A model generated the notes under the pieces. The model saw only the letters and a list, made by a program, of their open reading frames with translations, searched no databases and was not told the DNA's origin. Shown here piece after piece: positions 17,728 to 26,322 of a stretch of DNA of 64,000 bases; position 1 is the stretch's first letter; every line of letters starts with the position of its first letter. Origin of the DNA: Bacilli bacterium (GTDB lineage: Bacteria; Bacillota_I; Bacilli_A; RFN20; CAG-826); contig JBAZED010000003.1 in the NCBI GenBank assembly GCA_041654095.1, positions 4,089-68,088 on the forward strand, given 5' to 3'. The translations under genes and the position numbers were made by a program.

Positions 17728-19098
17728 TCAAGTGGCGAAGACGCAAGCGGTAATCGCATCGTCGAAAGCTTCATCAATCGTCTTCAGACCAAGCAAAACG
17801 TTGGCGAGAATGCCGTCGACTTCATCACGAGCGGTCGATGAGCCTTTAAAGGCGGGCGAAACATAGTACCAATCTTCGATGAAAGGAACAAAATCAGCAA
17901 CTGCTTTAATCAATTCTGAATCAGTACCCGGAGTCACAGAGCGTCCGGTCGTGTATTCGGAAGTGAGGAATGAAGAGCTGCGAACGGGGTTATAACCCGT
18001 CAAAACGGAATAAATGGCGGAGTTTCTGGTGTTGGTAATCCACTTATAAAATAACCAAGCCGCGATTTTTTGATTGGCAGTCGCTCTTTTGAAAATGGTG
18101 ATCGACGGTCCTTGTGAAATGACTTTTTGCGACGTTGCTTGAGTATCGGGATTTTTATACTGCGGAACGGGGGCGACACCAACTTCAAAGTTCGGAGAGA
18201 AATCATATCTCGTCCCGCCGGTGGAGCCGACCGTCATGTATAATTTACCTTCTGTAAATTGAGTAGAAGTATAAGCGTTATTAGGCGAAGATCCTTGGGT
18301 GGTAATCAGGCCTTCATCAAACCAATTCTTGAGATCTTGGACCACGGCCCGAGCTTCGGGGTTGTCGAAGAGGAAATGGTTATCCGGATCGATTGAGGTA
18401 TAAGGAATGTTCATCTGCTCGCAAAGGGTGATGAACCAGTTGGCATCTGAGTCATATCCAAAGGGAATTGAAGCAGGATCAATCACCTTGATTTGACGGG
18501 CCACGGTAATCATTTCTTCCCAAGTCGTCGGAACAGTAAGGCTGTTGGTCGTAAAAAAGTCTTTGTTATAGAATAAAACTTCGGTCGATTTGCTGAAAGG
18601 TACGGAATATACGCCTTCCTTGACGTATTCTTGCCCTTCTTGCCAATAGGCCGGAATGAAATCATCGACGCCTCCGGCCAAGGTCAAATCGCCTTCGACG
18701 CCTAAGCCGAGAACCTCATCTCCAATGTATGTGGTTAGGTCTTGCACGGCGCCGGCGTTCATATAGTCAGCGACGTGATCGGGATAGCAATAGGCCATCG
18801 TCGGCGTCGTACCGGCTGGAATGGCTGAAGAAATCTTATCGCGGATTTCCGGATAGCCGCCTTGCGAGGCGTGTTCGATGGTAATCTTCGGGAAGATAGT
18901 GTTGAACTCGGCGATCATCGAATCGAGAACTGCGCGGTTGGCAGCCCCCATCGTATGCCAGAAAGTAATGCTAGTTTTCAGCTGCGTCGGATCGCCATTG
19001 TACTCTTCTTCGGTTCCACCGTCGCAGCCGACGAGAGCCATCGTTGCAAATAGAGCAGCAACAACTAATGATGGGAATCTGCTTCGAATTTTTTTCAT
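17728..19098 (-). CDS. ABC transporter substrate-binding lipoprotein, family 1 (CUT1-type), paralog A
   Basis: Lipobox MALVGC. The start is set at the ATG at 19096-19098 (MKKIRSRF), preceded by AAAGGAG. Confidence 0.85.
   Translation of the reverse strand: MKKIRSRFPSLVVAALFATMALVGCDGGTEEEYNGDPTQLKTSITFWHTMGAANRAVLDSMIAEFNTIFPKITIEHASQGGYPEIRDKISSAIPAGTTPTMAYCYPDHVADYMNAGAVQDLTTYIGDEVLGLGVEGDLTLAGGVDDFIPAYWQEGQEYVKEGVYSVPFSKSTEVLFYNKDFFTTNSLTVPTTWEEMITVARQIKVIDPASIPFGYDSDANWFITLCEQMNIPYTSIDPDNHFLFDNPEARAVVQDLKNWFDEGLITTQGSSPNNAYTSTQFTEGKLYMTVGSTGGTRYDFSPNFEVGVAPVPQYKNPDTQATSQKVISQGPSITIFKRATANQKIAAWLFYKWITNTRNSAIYSVLTGYNPVRSSSFLTSEYTTGRSVTPGTDSELIKAVADFVPFIEDWYYVSPAFKGSSTARDEVDGILANVLLGLKTIDEAFDDAITACVFAT
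18827..18864. repeat. 38-nt run identical to 17480-17517
   Basis: Partner of the repeat above. It encodes the shared QGGYPEIRDKISS segment. Confidence 0.9.
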
Positions 19099-19146
19099 AG
19101 ATACTCCTTTATGTTTAAGCATTGATGCTTATTGTAACCAATTGAA

Positions 19147-20148
19147 TTAGCCTTTGATGCCGGCTCGCCCGACACCTTTCATAATATATTTTCGAAAGAA
19201 AATAAACAAGAGGAGGAGCGGGACGGTGACGAGCACGGTCGCGGCCATCTGCAAATCGTATTGAGGTTCACCGGTCGTCGTCGAGAACGATGAGCGAAGG
19301 CCGTTGGTGATCAAGCGATACTCCTGTTTGTCAGCGACGAGATTGGGCCAGACATATGAGTTCCAGGCCCCCATCAATTTTAAGATGAAGATGGAGATGA
19401 GCGTCGGCATGCTGAGCGGAACCATGACGTTCCACAAGTAATTCCAGTCGGTCTTGCCATCGACTTTGCTAGCCAAATACAGCTCATTTGGAATCTGCAG
19501 GAAGTTTTGCCGCAGCAAGTAGATGTAAAAGACGCTGACCCAGAACGGGACGATCATGGCCGTAAAAACGCCGGCTTGGTCGCTGAGCCATCCGAAGTTT
19601 GAGACGGTGATGTAATTGGTAATGACCATCATTTCACCAGGGATCATCATCGTCGCCAACAATAGAGCAAAGAAGAAATTCTTGCCTTTGAATTGCAACC
19701 TGGCAAAAGCAAAGGCGGCGAAGATCGTCGTGATGAGAGTACCTAATGTCGAGATGACTCCGACGATTAAGGTATTCGTCAAATAAGTCGCAAAATCAAA
19801 GCGGGCAAAAACATCGATGTAATTTGACCACATGACAACTTCGGGCCAAAAAGTTTGCGTTGAAGAGCGAATTTCGGTATTGGACTTAAGAGAGGTGATA
19901 ACCATCCAATAAAAGGGGATGATGACGATGACGGCCATGACGATTAAGAACGCATAAATCAAAACCATCGAGATGACTTTCATGACTTTCTGCAGCGTCT
20001 CTAGTTGGGTGGCGGAGAGACCGCCTTCCTTAATGACTAAAGTCATCGACCTAGTGTCGATATTTCGATATTCCGGTCTCTGACGACGCGCTTCTTCTCT
20101 TTCAGAGCGCGATTTCACATGGAGTAGTTTGCGAATGTCTAGTTTCAT
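19147..20148 (-). CDS. ABC transporter permease (MalG/UgpE-like) with ~55-aa cytoplasmic N-terminal extension
   Basis: Multi-TM protein with the EAA-like loop ASKVDGKTDWNYLWNVMVP. The start is set at the ATG at 20146-20148 with a GGAGGA RBS 8 nt upstream, just after the upstream permease stop. Confidence 0.85.
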   Translation of the reverse strand: MKLDIRKLLHVKSRSEREEARRQRPEYRNIDTRSMTLVIKEGGLSATQLETLQKVMKVISMVLIYAFLIVMAVIVIIPFYWMVITSLKSNTEIRSSTQTFWPEVVMWSNYIDVFARFDFATYLTNTLIVGVISTLGTLITTIFAAFAFARLQFKGKNFFFALLLATMMIPGEMMVITNYITVSNFGWLSDQAGVFTAMIVPFWVSVFYIYLLRQNFLQIPNELYLASKVDGKTDWNYLWNVMVPLSMPTLISIFILKLMGAWNSYVWPNLVADKQEYRLITNGLRSSFSTTTGEPQYDLQMAATVLVTVPLLLLFIFFRKYIMKGVGRAGIKG

Positions 20149-20162
20149 TTGCGAGATCCTCC

Positions 20163-21083
20163 TTAATAATGAACGCGCTTCTTTGAAATCCAAAACTGAA
20201 TTCCGGTGAAGGCGAGAATGACGATGAAGAGAAGAACAGCTGCGGCGGCGCCGAGGTGGACGTTGCCATCATCAATTTTGTCGTAAATATAGAAGACGAC
20301 GGTGTACATATTGTTGTTTCCGGTCGCGGTTCCGCTCTTGCCGAGAAGACCCATGACCGATGAGTATTCCTTAAAGGCTCCGATGAACGATGTGATCATG
20401 ATGTAGAGAATCTGCGGAGATAAGAGCGGGACGGTGATGTTAGTAAAAGTTTTGAAGCGACCCGCTGAGTCGACTTTCGCAGCATCATAATACTGCTTGT
20501 CAATATTCTGCAGTCCGGAGAGGAAAATCAAAATCTTATAAGGCAGCGAATGCCAAATGATATAGACGCAGAGGGCAAACATCGCTTTTGACGGATCGGC
20601 GCCCACATCGAGCCAATAGTTCGGCATCGCTAAGCCGAATAAATAGTTCCAAAGACCGAAACCATCAAAGATGACGGCGAACACCATGCCGACGGCGATG
20701 GCATTGGTCACATAGGGGAGGAAGAAAATCGTTTGGAAAATCTTCTTGACCCACTTAATCGAATTGAGGGCGACGGCGATCAGAAGTGAAATTGTAATCG
20801 ATAAGGGGACGGTGACAAAGACGATGATCAAGGTGTTGGGGACCGCTATTTGAATGACATCGTAGTAGAAACGTTCTTGACCTCCGTACACTTTCGGCAC
20901 GAGGCCTAATACATAACCGAAGTTATCGAACGTGAAGCCATCGCTGGTGCCAGTCAAATAATTATAGTTTTTAAGGAAAGCGATGCCGATGGTGTTAATT
21001 AACGGGTAGAAGATAAAGATGCCCGTCAATATGACGACCGGGGCGAGGTAGAGCCAGGCTTTCCAGTTGTTCTTCTTTTCCAA
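20163..21083 (-). CDS. ABC transporter permease (MalF/UgpA-like)
   Basis: Six predicted TM segments and the EAA loop AAKVDSAGRFKTFTNITVPLL. It starts 2 nt after the ATPase stop. Confidence 0.85.
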   Translation of the reverse strand: MEKKNNWKAWLYLAPVVILTGIFIFYPLINTIGIAFLKNYNYLTGTSDGFTFDNFGYVLGLVPKVYGGQERFYYDVIQIAVPNTLIIVFVTVPLSITISLLIAVALNSIKWVKKIFQTIFFLPYVTNAIAVGMVFAVIFDGFGLWNYLFGLAMPNYWLDVGADPSKAMFALCVYIIWHSLPYKILIFLSGLQNIDKQYYDAAKVDSAGRFKTFTNITVPLLSPQILYIMITSFIGAFKEYSSVMGLLGKSGTATGNNNMYTVVFYIYDKIDDGNVHLGAAAAVLLFIVILAFTGIQFWISKKRVHY

Positions 21084-21085
21084 GG

Positions 21086-22654
21086 TTAGATAATCCTTTC
21101 CTCAGTTTTCTTATCGAAGACCAAGCACTTGACCGGCTTGACGGAGAAACGGACCTCACCGACGTTGACTTTGACGAGAGCATCGATGATGATTTTGGTA
21201 TCATTTAAGGCATTGACGTCATCGATGTTGAGAATGACATCGCGGCCCATCGTATTAATCGATTTGACATCGAGCGACAGCGCGCCTTTGTCATCGACGA
21301 TGAAGCCTTCGGGACGAATGCCGACGATAACTTCTTGATCGCCAATTTTTTTCTCGTCTATGTCGCGGACAAAATCACCGCCGATATAGACCTTCCCGCC
21401 TTTGATCTCGCCTTTGAAGAGGTTGATCGGCGGCGTGCCGAGGAAGTTGGCCACGAATTTATTGACGGGATTGTTATAGACTTCTTGCGGGGCGGCTCTC
21501 TGCTGCTCGACGCCGAGTTTCATGACGATGATCTCATCGGAGATGGACATGGCTTCTTCTTGGTCGTGCGTGACGAAAATCGTCGTGATGCCAGTATCTT
21601 TTTGCAAGCGGCGAATCTCTTCACGCGTCTGTAAGCGAAGGCGAGCATCGAGGTTGGAAAGTGGTTCATCGAGAAGCAAAACTTTTGGTTTCTTGACAAG
21701 AGCACGGGCGATAGCGACGCGCTGTTGTTGACCGCCGCTCAATTGATTGGGCTTGCGCTCAAGGAGATTTTCAATCTGGACGAGCGCCGCGGTTTCGTGA
21801 ACCAATTTATCAATTTCGTCCTTGGTCAGACGGCGCTTATAAGAGAAAGGTTTGCCGTCTTCGCCGAGAATGGCTTCACCAGCCCGGTGTTTGACGTCGA
21901 AGAGATATCTTTCCGGAACATTGACTTTAATTTGAGCTGGGCGAAAGATCTTTGTCTTTTGAACGCCATCGGCTCCGAGCACCGGTTCGTTTTTGGCGTG
22001 GAGAACGGTTTTGCCGTCCGCGTCAAACTCATCTTGCGTATAGACGAGCGGGAATTCAAACGCCAAACTGGCAAGCGCTCCATCCGATCCGGACACCGCT
22101 TTGGCGACGGGATATTGCTCTTTGACGATCACCACCGCTTTGGCGCCGGAGATGGGCACAAATTCTTTGGCGGTTTCATCGAAGTCTTGAACTTCGCTTA
22201 ACGGGATGCGGTGCAGCACGGCATTGCCGGCATCATCCTTAACTAATTCACCGCGTAGGTGAGTTGGTTGTTCGCTAGGTCGGCACGGCACGTGCTTCGT
22301 GTAGCGCTTGTGATCGGCGATGCGAATATTCGTGAGCGGGAAAGCCACGTTTTTATAGACCGACATGTGCGGGTAGAGGGCGTAATTTTGAAAAACGAGA
22401 CCGATGCCGCGCTTATCAGGAGCGAGGCGGGTCACGTCTTCATCGCCAAACCATATTTCGCCGGCTGTCGGCTCTTGGAGACCGGAAATCATATATAGAG
22501 TCGTCGATTTTCCGCATCCCGATGGTCCGAGCAATCCGATGAGCTTACCGTCAGGAATGACCACGTTAAAATCATTAACGGCCACCGTGTCGTCGATATT
22601 CTTCTTCGGATTCCCAGGAAAAACTTTCGTTAAATTCTTAAGGCGTATTTCCAT
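21086..22654 (-). CDS. CUT1-family ABC ATPase (MalK/UgpC/MsmK-like) with a ~165-aa insertion in the helical subdomain
   Basis: Walker [11 protein letters not shown]-loop [11 protein letters not shown], signature [15 protein letters not shown], Walker B LLLDEP, and a C-terminal TOBE-like domain. About 165 extra residues (roughly 110-275) sit between the Q-loop region and the signature. Confidence 0.9.
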   Translation of the reverse strand: MEIRLKNLTKVFPGNPKKNIDDTVAVNDFNVVIPDGKLIGLLGPSGCGKSTTLYMISGLQEPTAGEIWFGDEDVTRLAPDKRGIGLVFQNYALYPHMSVYKNVAFPLTNIRIADHKRYTKHVPCRPSEQPTHLRGELVKDDAGNAVLHRIPLSEVQDFDETAKEFVPISGAKAVVIVKEQYPVAKAVSGSDGALASLAFEFPLVYTQDEFDADGKTVLHAKNEPVLGADGVQKTKIFRPAQIKVNVPERYLFDVKHRAGEAILGEDGKPFSYKRRLTKDEIDKLVHETAALVQIENLLERKPNQLSGGQQQRVAIARALVKKPKVLLLDEPLSNLDARLRLQTREEIRRLQKDTGITTIFVTHDQEEAMSISDEIIVMKLGVEQQRAAPQEVYNNPVNKFVANFLGTPPINLFKGEIKGGKVYIGGDFVRDIDEKKIGDQEVIVGIRPEGFIVDDKGALSLDVKSINTMGRDVILNIDDVNALNDTKIIIDALVKVNVGEVRFSVKPVKCLVFDKKTEERII

Positions 22655-22685
22655 ACTGATAATCTCTCCTATGGGTTATTTCCAT

Positions 22686-22700
22686 TGTGATTATATCACA
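22686..22700 (-). promoter_or_regulatory. extended -10 promoter embedded in a perfect palindrome (candidate operator) upstream of the ABC operon
   Basis: Minus strand TGTGATATAATCACA. It contains TGaTATAAT (-10 hexamer at 22690-22695) and 6-bp arms TGTGAT/ATCACA. It lies about 30 nt upstream of the GGAGAG RBS and ATG at 22654. Confidence 0.55.
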
Positions 22701-22782
22701 GAGACACGCTAAAATAAACAATATATTCTAACCCTTACATTCTGTAACGGGGCCTATTTTTCGTTCGTTAATAATGATTGGT

Positions 22783-23751
22783 CTACAAATTGAAAGAGGC
22801 GTTGGTGTGGCGGTCTTCGTAGTCTTCAAGACTCGTATAAACCATATTTGTCTCGATATCGACGGAGTAAATGCCGAGCATATAATCAGCGAAAGTCTGG
22901 TTGTTTTTTGAAAAGAAAAACATCGATACGGTGAAGAGGACGGGAATGCCCAAGGTAAAGAGGGAAGCGATCACTTCGACGAAAAGAAAAATCGCGAATT
23001 TAGCGAGGTAGCGGCCGGCCCGCGGCGAAAGCGCGTGGTTGGTGACGAGGCCGATATGGAAAATCCTCCGACCGAGCGTCTGCTTACCTCGAGAAAAAAT
23101 CAGGGGGATGACCAGTTCAAAGACAATTAAACTCAAGATGACGGAAACAGGTAAAATGAAGAAATTTGAAAATAGTAGGATAATGCGCGAAGCTTCATAA
23201 TAGTCGGGATTGGCGTTCAGATAACTATAAGCTACATCTTCGATGGCGATGATGTAGAATTTATTCATTTTTTCAGCGTCGTACTCGGGATTAGGAACGA
23301 TCGTTTGCATCTCCGATCCGCTGTAGACAAAGTAATCGCCAGGAATGGCCGTCTCGCCAATTTTTTGGCTATTGTAAAGAGCGAGGCCGCTCGCTGGATC
23401 GCCCTGATCGAAAAAGAGGGGATTCGCATAGAAAGCGACGAGGGCCGCTTCGCATTCGCCATTGACCTCGAGGTAGTCGGTATTTTCCGCATAGTAGTCG
23501 GTGATTAAATCGAATTCATTGTCGCTGTTTTTGACGTAGAGCCGGGATGCTCCCTGAAGCTCTTCTCGCGTTTCGAGAGATTCGACATATATCGGTTGGC
23601 GCTCAGCGATACCCCGTGTTCCAAGCAAAAGTAAAGAAGAGAGGACGCCGATGCAAAGCAAATCGAAAAGAAAAGCCAAAATTCGCTTCGAATATTTAAC
23701 CTTGGGATAGTTCACTTCGATGACATTGGTGTCGGCCGGAGTTTCGGGCAT
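22783..23751 (-). CDS. RDD-family membrane protein with a large extracytoplasmic loop
   Basis: The N-terminal KRILAFLFDLLCIGVL helix is followed by a ~150-aa hydrophilic loop and a C-terminal TM bundle (GRRIFHIGLV...ADYMLGIYSV). The start abuts the stop of the upstream paralog. Confidence 0.65.
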   Translation of the reverse strand: MPETPADTNVIEVNYPKVKYSKRILAFLFDLLCIGVLSSLLLLGTRGIAERQPIYVESLETREELQGASRLYVKNSDNEFDLITDYYAENTDYLEVNGECEAALVAFYANPLFFDQGDPASGLALYNSQKIGETAIPGDYFVYSGSEMQTIVPNPEYDAEKMNKFYIIAIEDVAYSYLNANPDYYEASRIILLFSNFFILPVSVILSLIVFELVIPLIFSRGKQTLGRRIFHIGLVTNHALSPRAGRYLAKFAIFLFVEVIASLFTLGIPVLFTVSMFFFSKNNQTFADYMLGIYSVDIETNMVYTSLEDYEDRHTNASFNL

Positions 23752-24882
23752 CTATTTACTCTCCAACTTGCTTCGCGCCGATTTATAGACGGCGGCATCG
23801 ACGACGACAGTGCGGACGGCGAGGTCGTGGATGGCTTGGGATTTTCGCGAGACGAACAAGGCGATGAGGGAGGCCACGCTGAGGATGATCGAGCCGAAAG
23901 CGACGGAATAAAAAGGAATGGAAAAAGCTCCGACGACGATGAGCGGCAACAAGAATGATTCTGTTCCCCAAGTCAAGAAGGGAACAAAGTTTAGGGCGAT
24001 GGAAAACGTCACCATCTCGAGGAGGCCGCGAACGATAATCTGACCATAGGTCAACTTGGATTTTGACACTGGTTGCAGGGACATTCCCAAGACTCGTTTT
24101 GATACCGTTCGCCCATCTTTTTTTATCAGAGGGACGACGATATAAAAGAGGATGGCGACGACGAGATAAGTGAGCCCTGAACCGAGGGAGGACCGACCCA
24201 TCAAATCTTTCATCATGACGACGAAGATGTCATATTCGGCAACCGTGGCCGGCAAATTGGCATATACCTCGCGAGCATCAGCTAAAGCCTCGAGATAAAA
24301 AGTTTGAAAGGATTCATAGGCTGCGACCGCCGCTTCGCCGCGATCGCTGTTTTGATATGCGACCAGCAAGGTTTTAAATTGAGGCTGGAGCAACGCCGGT
24401 TTATCGACATCATCGTCGTAGCACCAGATCGGGCTCGTGTTTTCGTCGTCAATCGCCGCTGGTAGGCCGAGCACTTCCACATTGAAAACGGAGGCGGAAC
24501 GCTCAAGATACTGAACGTAGAAAAACATCAAGTGGTCATCGCCAGCATAAATCTCAGCATCGGCGGATAATTTCGCGGCAAAATAGGCCTCGAACATCTT
24601 TTCTTGGCTGAGCTCCGCTTCGCTTTCGTCGAGGGCGTAGAGATGCGTTTCGAGCGCCTTCGCATTCATCACTCCAATCTGGGCGCGGGCCACCGCCGAA
24701 GAATCGCCGAAACCGACGATCGGCATCGCCGCGACGGCCGATAGAGCCATGCCGACGAGAGCGACGATTGCCATATCGAGCAAAGCTCCGAGCATGCGCT
24801 TCCCTTTCGAGACGAGCATGTAAGGAGGGGCTTCATCGGTGATCTGATGATTATTTACGCCAATCGTTTCGTTTTCTGCCAT
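23752..24882 (-). CDS. RDD-family membrane protein with a large extracytoplasmic loop (paralogous architecture)
   Basis: KRMLGALLDMAIVALVG helix, a ~170-aa loop, then a TM bundle (SKRVLGMSLQP...). The ATG at 24880-24882 (MAENE) is preferred. The track's TTG at 24906 would overlap the putative tuf terminator. Confidence 0.65.
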   Translation of the reverse strand: MAENETIGVNNHQITDEAPPYMLVSKGKRMLGALLDMAIVALVGMALSAVAAMPIVGFGDSSAVARAQIGVMNAKALETHLYALDESEAELSQEKMFEAYFAAKLSADAEIYAGDDHLMFFYVQYLERSASVFNVEVLGLPAAIDDENTSPIWCYDDDVDKPALLQPQFKTLLVAYQNSDRGEAAVAAYESFQTFYLEALADAREVYANLPATVAEYDIFVVMMKDLMGRSSLGSGLTYLVVAILFYIVVPLIKKDGRTVSKRVLGMSLQPVSKSKLTYGQIIVRGLLEMVTFSIALNFVPFLTWGTESFLLPLIVVGAFSIPFYSVAFGSIILSVASLIALFVSRKSQAIHDLAVRTVVVDAAVYKSARSKLESK

Positions 24883-24902
24883 TGTTAATTCCCATGCGAC
24901 TT

Positions 24903-24927
24903 TCAATAAAAAACAGTATGCGCTGTT
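24903..24927 (-). terminator. weak terminator candidate after tuf
   Basis: Minus strand AACAG-cgcata-CTGTT followed by TTTTATTG. The stem is only 5 bp. Confidence 0.3.
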
Positions 24928-25050
24928 CGCCCTTTATTATTTCACATTTCGAGGCGTTTAGCATAGACATGCTTGCATGTTCTATCGCGAGCCGAGAAAG
25001 GTGAATAACGGAGAGGTATAAACGTATACTGTTAATATTTTAGAAAAACC

Positions 25051-26232
25051 TTATTTGATGATTTCGGTAACGGAGCCGGAACCGACGGTTCTGCCGCCTT
25101 CGCGGATGGAGAACTTTGTTCCCTTTTCGATCGCGACGGGGTGAATGAGTTCGACGGTCAGTTCGACGTTATCGCCAGGCATGACCATTTCGACGCCGGC
25201 CGGAAGGGTGATGACACCGGTGATGTCAGTCGTGCGGAAGTAGAATTGAGGGCGGTAATTGCTCAAGAAAGCAGTGTGGCGGCCTCCTTCTTCCTTCTTT
25301 AAAACGTAGGTGCTGGCGGTGAACTTGGTATGCGGGGTGACGCTGCCGGGTTTGGCCAAGACTTGACCGCGGACGACTTGATCGCGGTTGATGCCGCGGA
25401 GCAGGACGCCGATGTTATCGCCTGGTTCGGCAAAATCGAGGAGTTTGCGGAACATTTCGATGCCGGTGACGACGGATTTGAGGGTCGGTTTAATGCCGAT
25501 GATTTCAACTTCATCGTTGAGTTTGAGCAAACCGCGATCGACTCTACCCGTGACGACGGTGCCGCGACCGGTAATGGTCAGGACGTCTTCAATGGGGAGC
25601 AAGAACGGTTTATCCCTATCGCGAACGGGATCGGGAATGTAATTGTCGACGGCTTCCATGAGTTCGATGATGCAAGCATCGTCATTGTCGCCTTCAAGGG
25701 CGTTGCGAGCCGAGCCGCGGATGACAGGGAGAGTATCGCCTGGGAATCCATATGACGTGAGGAGATCGCGGACGTCCATCTCGACGAGATCGATCAGTTC
25801 AGGATCATCGACGAGGTCCGTCTTGTTTAAGAAGACAACGATGTATGGAACGCCGACTTGACGGGCGAGCAAGATGTGCTCGCGGGTTTGGGACATGACG
25901 CCATCGGTGGCGGCGACGACGAGAATCGCACCATCCATCTGCGCCGCGCCGGTGATCATGTTTTTAACATAGTCAGCGTGCCCTGGGCAGTCGACGTGGG
26001 CGTAGTGCCGCTTGTCGGTCGAGTATTCGATATGGGCTGTGTTAATCGTAATACCGCGGGCCTTCTCTTCTGGTGCGGAGTCGATTTGATCATAGGCCGT
26101 GGCCTTGGCTCCACCCTTTTTAGCTAAGACTTTTGTAATCGCGGCCGTCAAGGTCGTTTTGCCGTGGTCGACGTGCCCGATTGTACCGACGTTAACGTGC
26201 GTCTTTACTCTATTAAATTTTTCTTTTGCCAT
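25051..26232 (-). CDS. tuf: elongation factor Tu
   Basis: [33 protein letters not shown]..., [12 protein letters not shown]. Full length, 393 aa. Confidence 0.98.
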   Translation of the reverse strand: MAKEKFNRVKTHVNVGTIGHVDHGKTTLTAAITKVLAKKGGAKATAYDQIDSAPEEKARGITINTAHIEYSTDKRHYAHVDCPGHADYVKNMITGAAQMDGAILVVAATDGVMSQTREHILLARQVGVPYIVVFLNKTDLVDDPELIDLVEMDVRDLLTSYGFPGDTLPVIRGSARNALEGDNDDACIIELMEAVDNYIPDPVRDRDKPFLLPIEDVLTITGRGTVVTGRVDRGLLKLNDEVEIIGIKPTLKSVVTGIEMFRKLLDFAEPGDNIGVLLRGINRDQVVRGQVLAKPGSVTPHTKFTASTYVLKKEEGGRHTAFLSNYRPQFYFRTTDITGVITLPAGVEMVMPGDNVELTVELIHPVAIEKGTKFSIREGGRTVGSGSVTEIIK

Positions 26233-26278
26233 GTTTGAATTTCCTCCTTAATTATTTGATAAATTCAACCGAATTAAT

Positions 26279-26287
26279 ATTATAGCA
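26279..26287 (-). promoter_or_regulatory. extended -10 promoter in the fusA-tuf spacer
   Basis: Minus strand TGCTATAAT. It lies about 45 nt upstream of the AGGAGG RBS of tuf. The -35 is weak (TTGATT at 15-nt spacing). Confidence 0.45.
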
Positions 26288-26322
26288 AACTTTTAGTAAA
26301 ATCAATACAACGTATTTATTTA

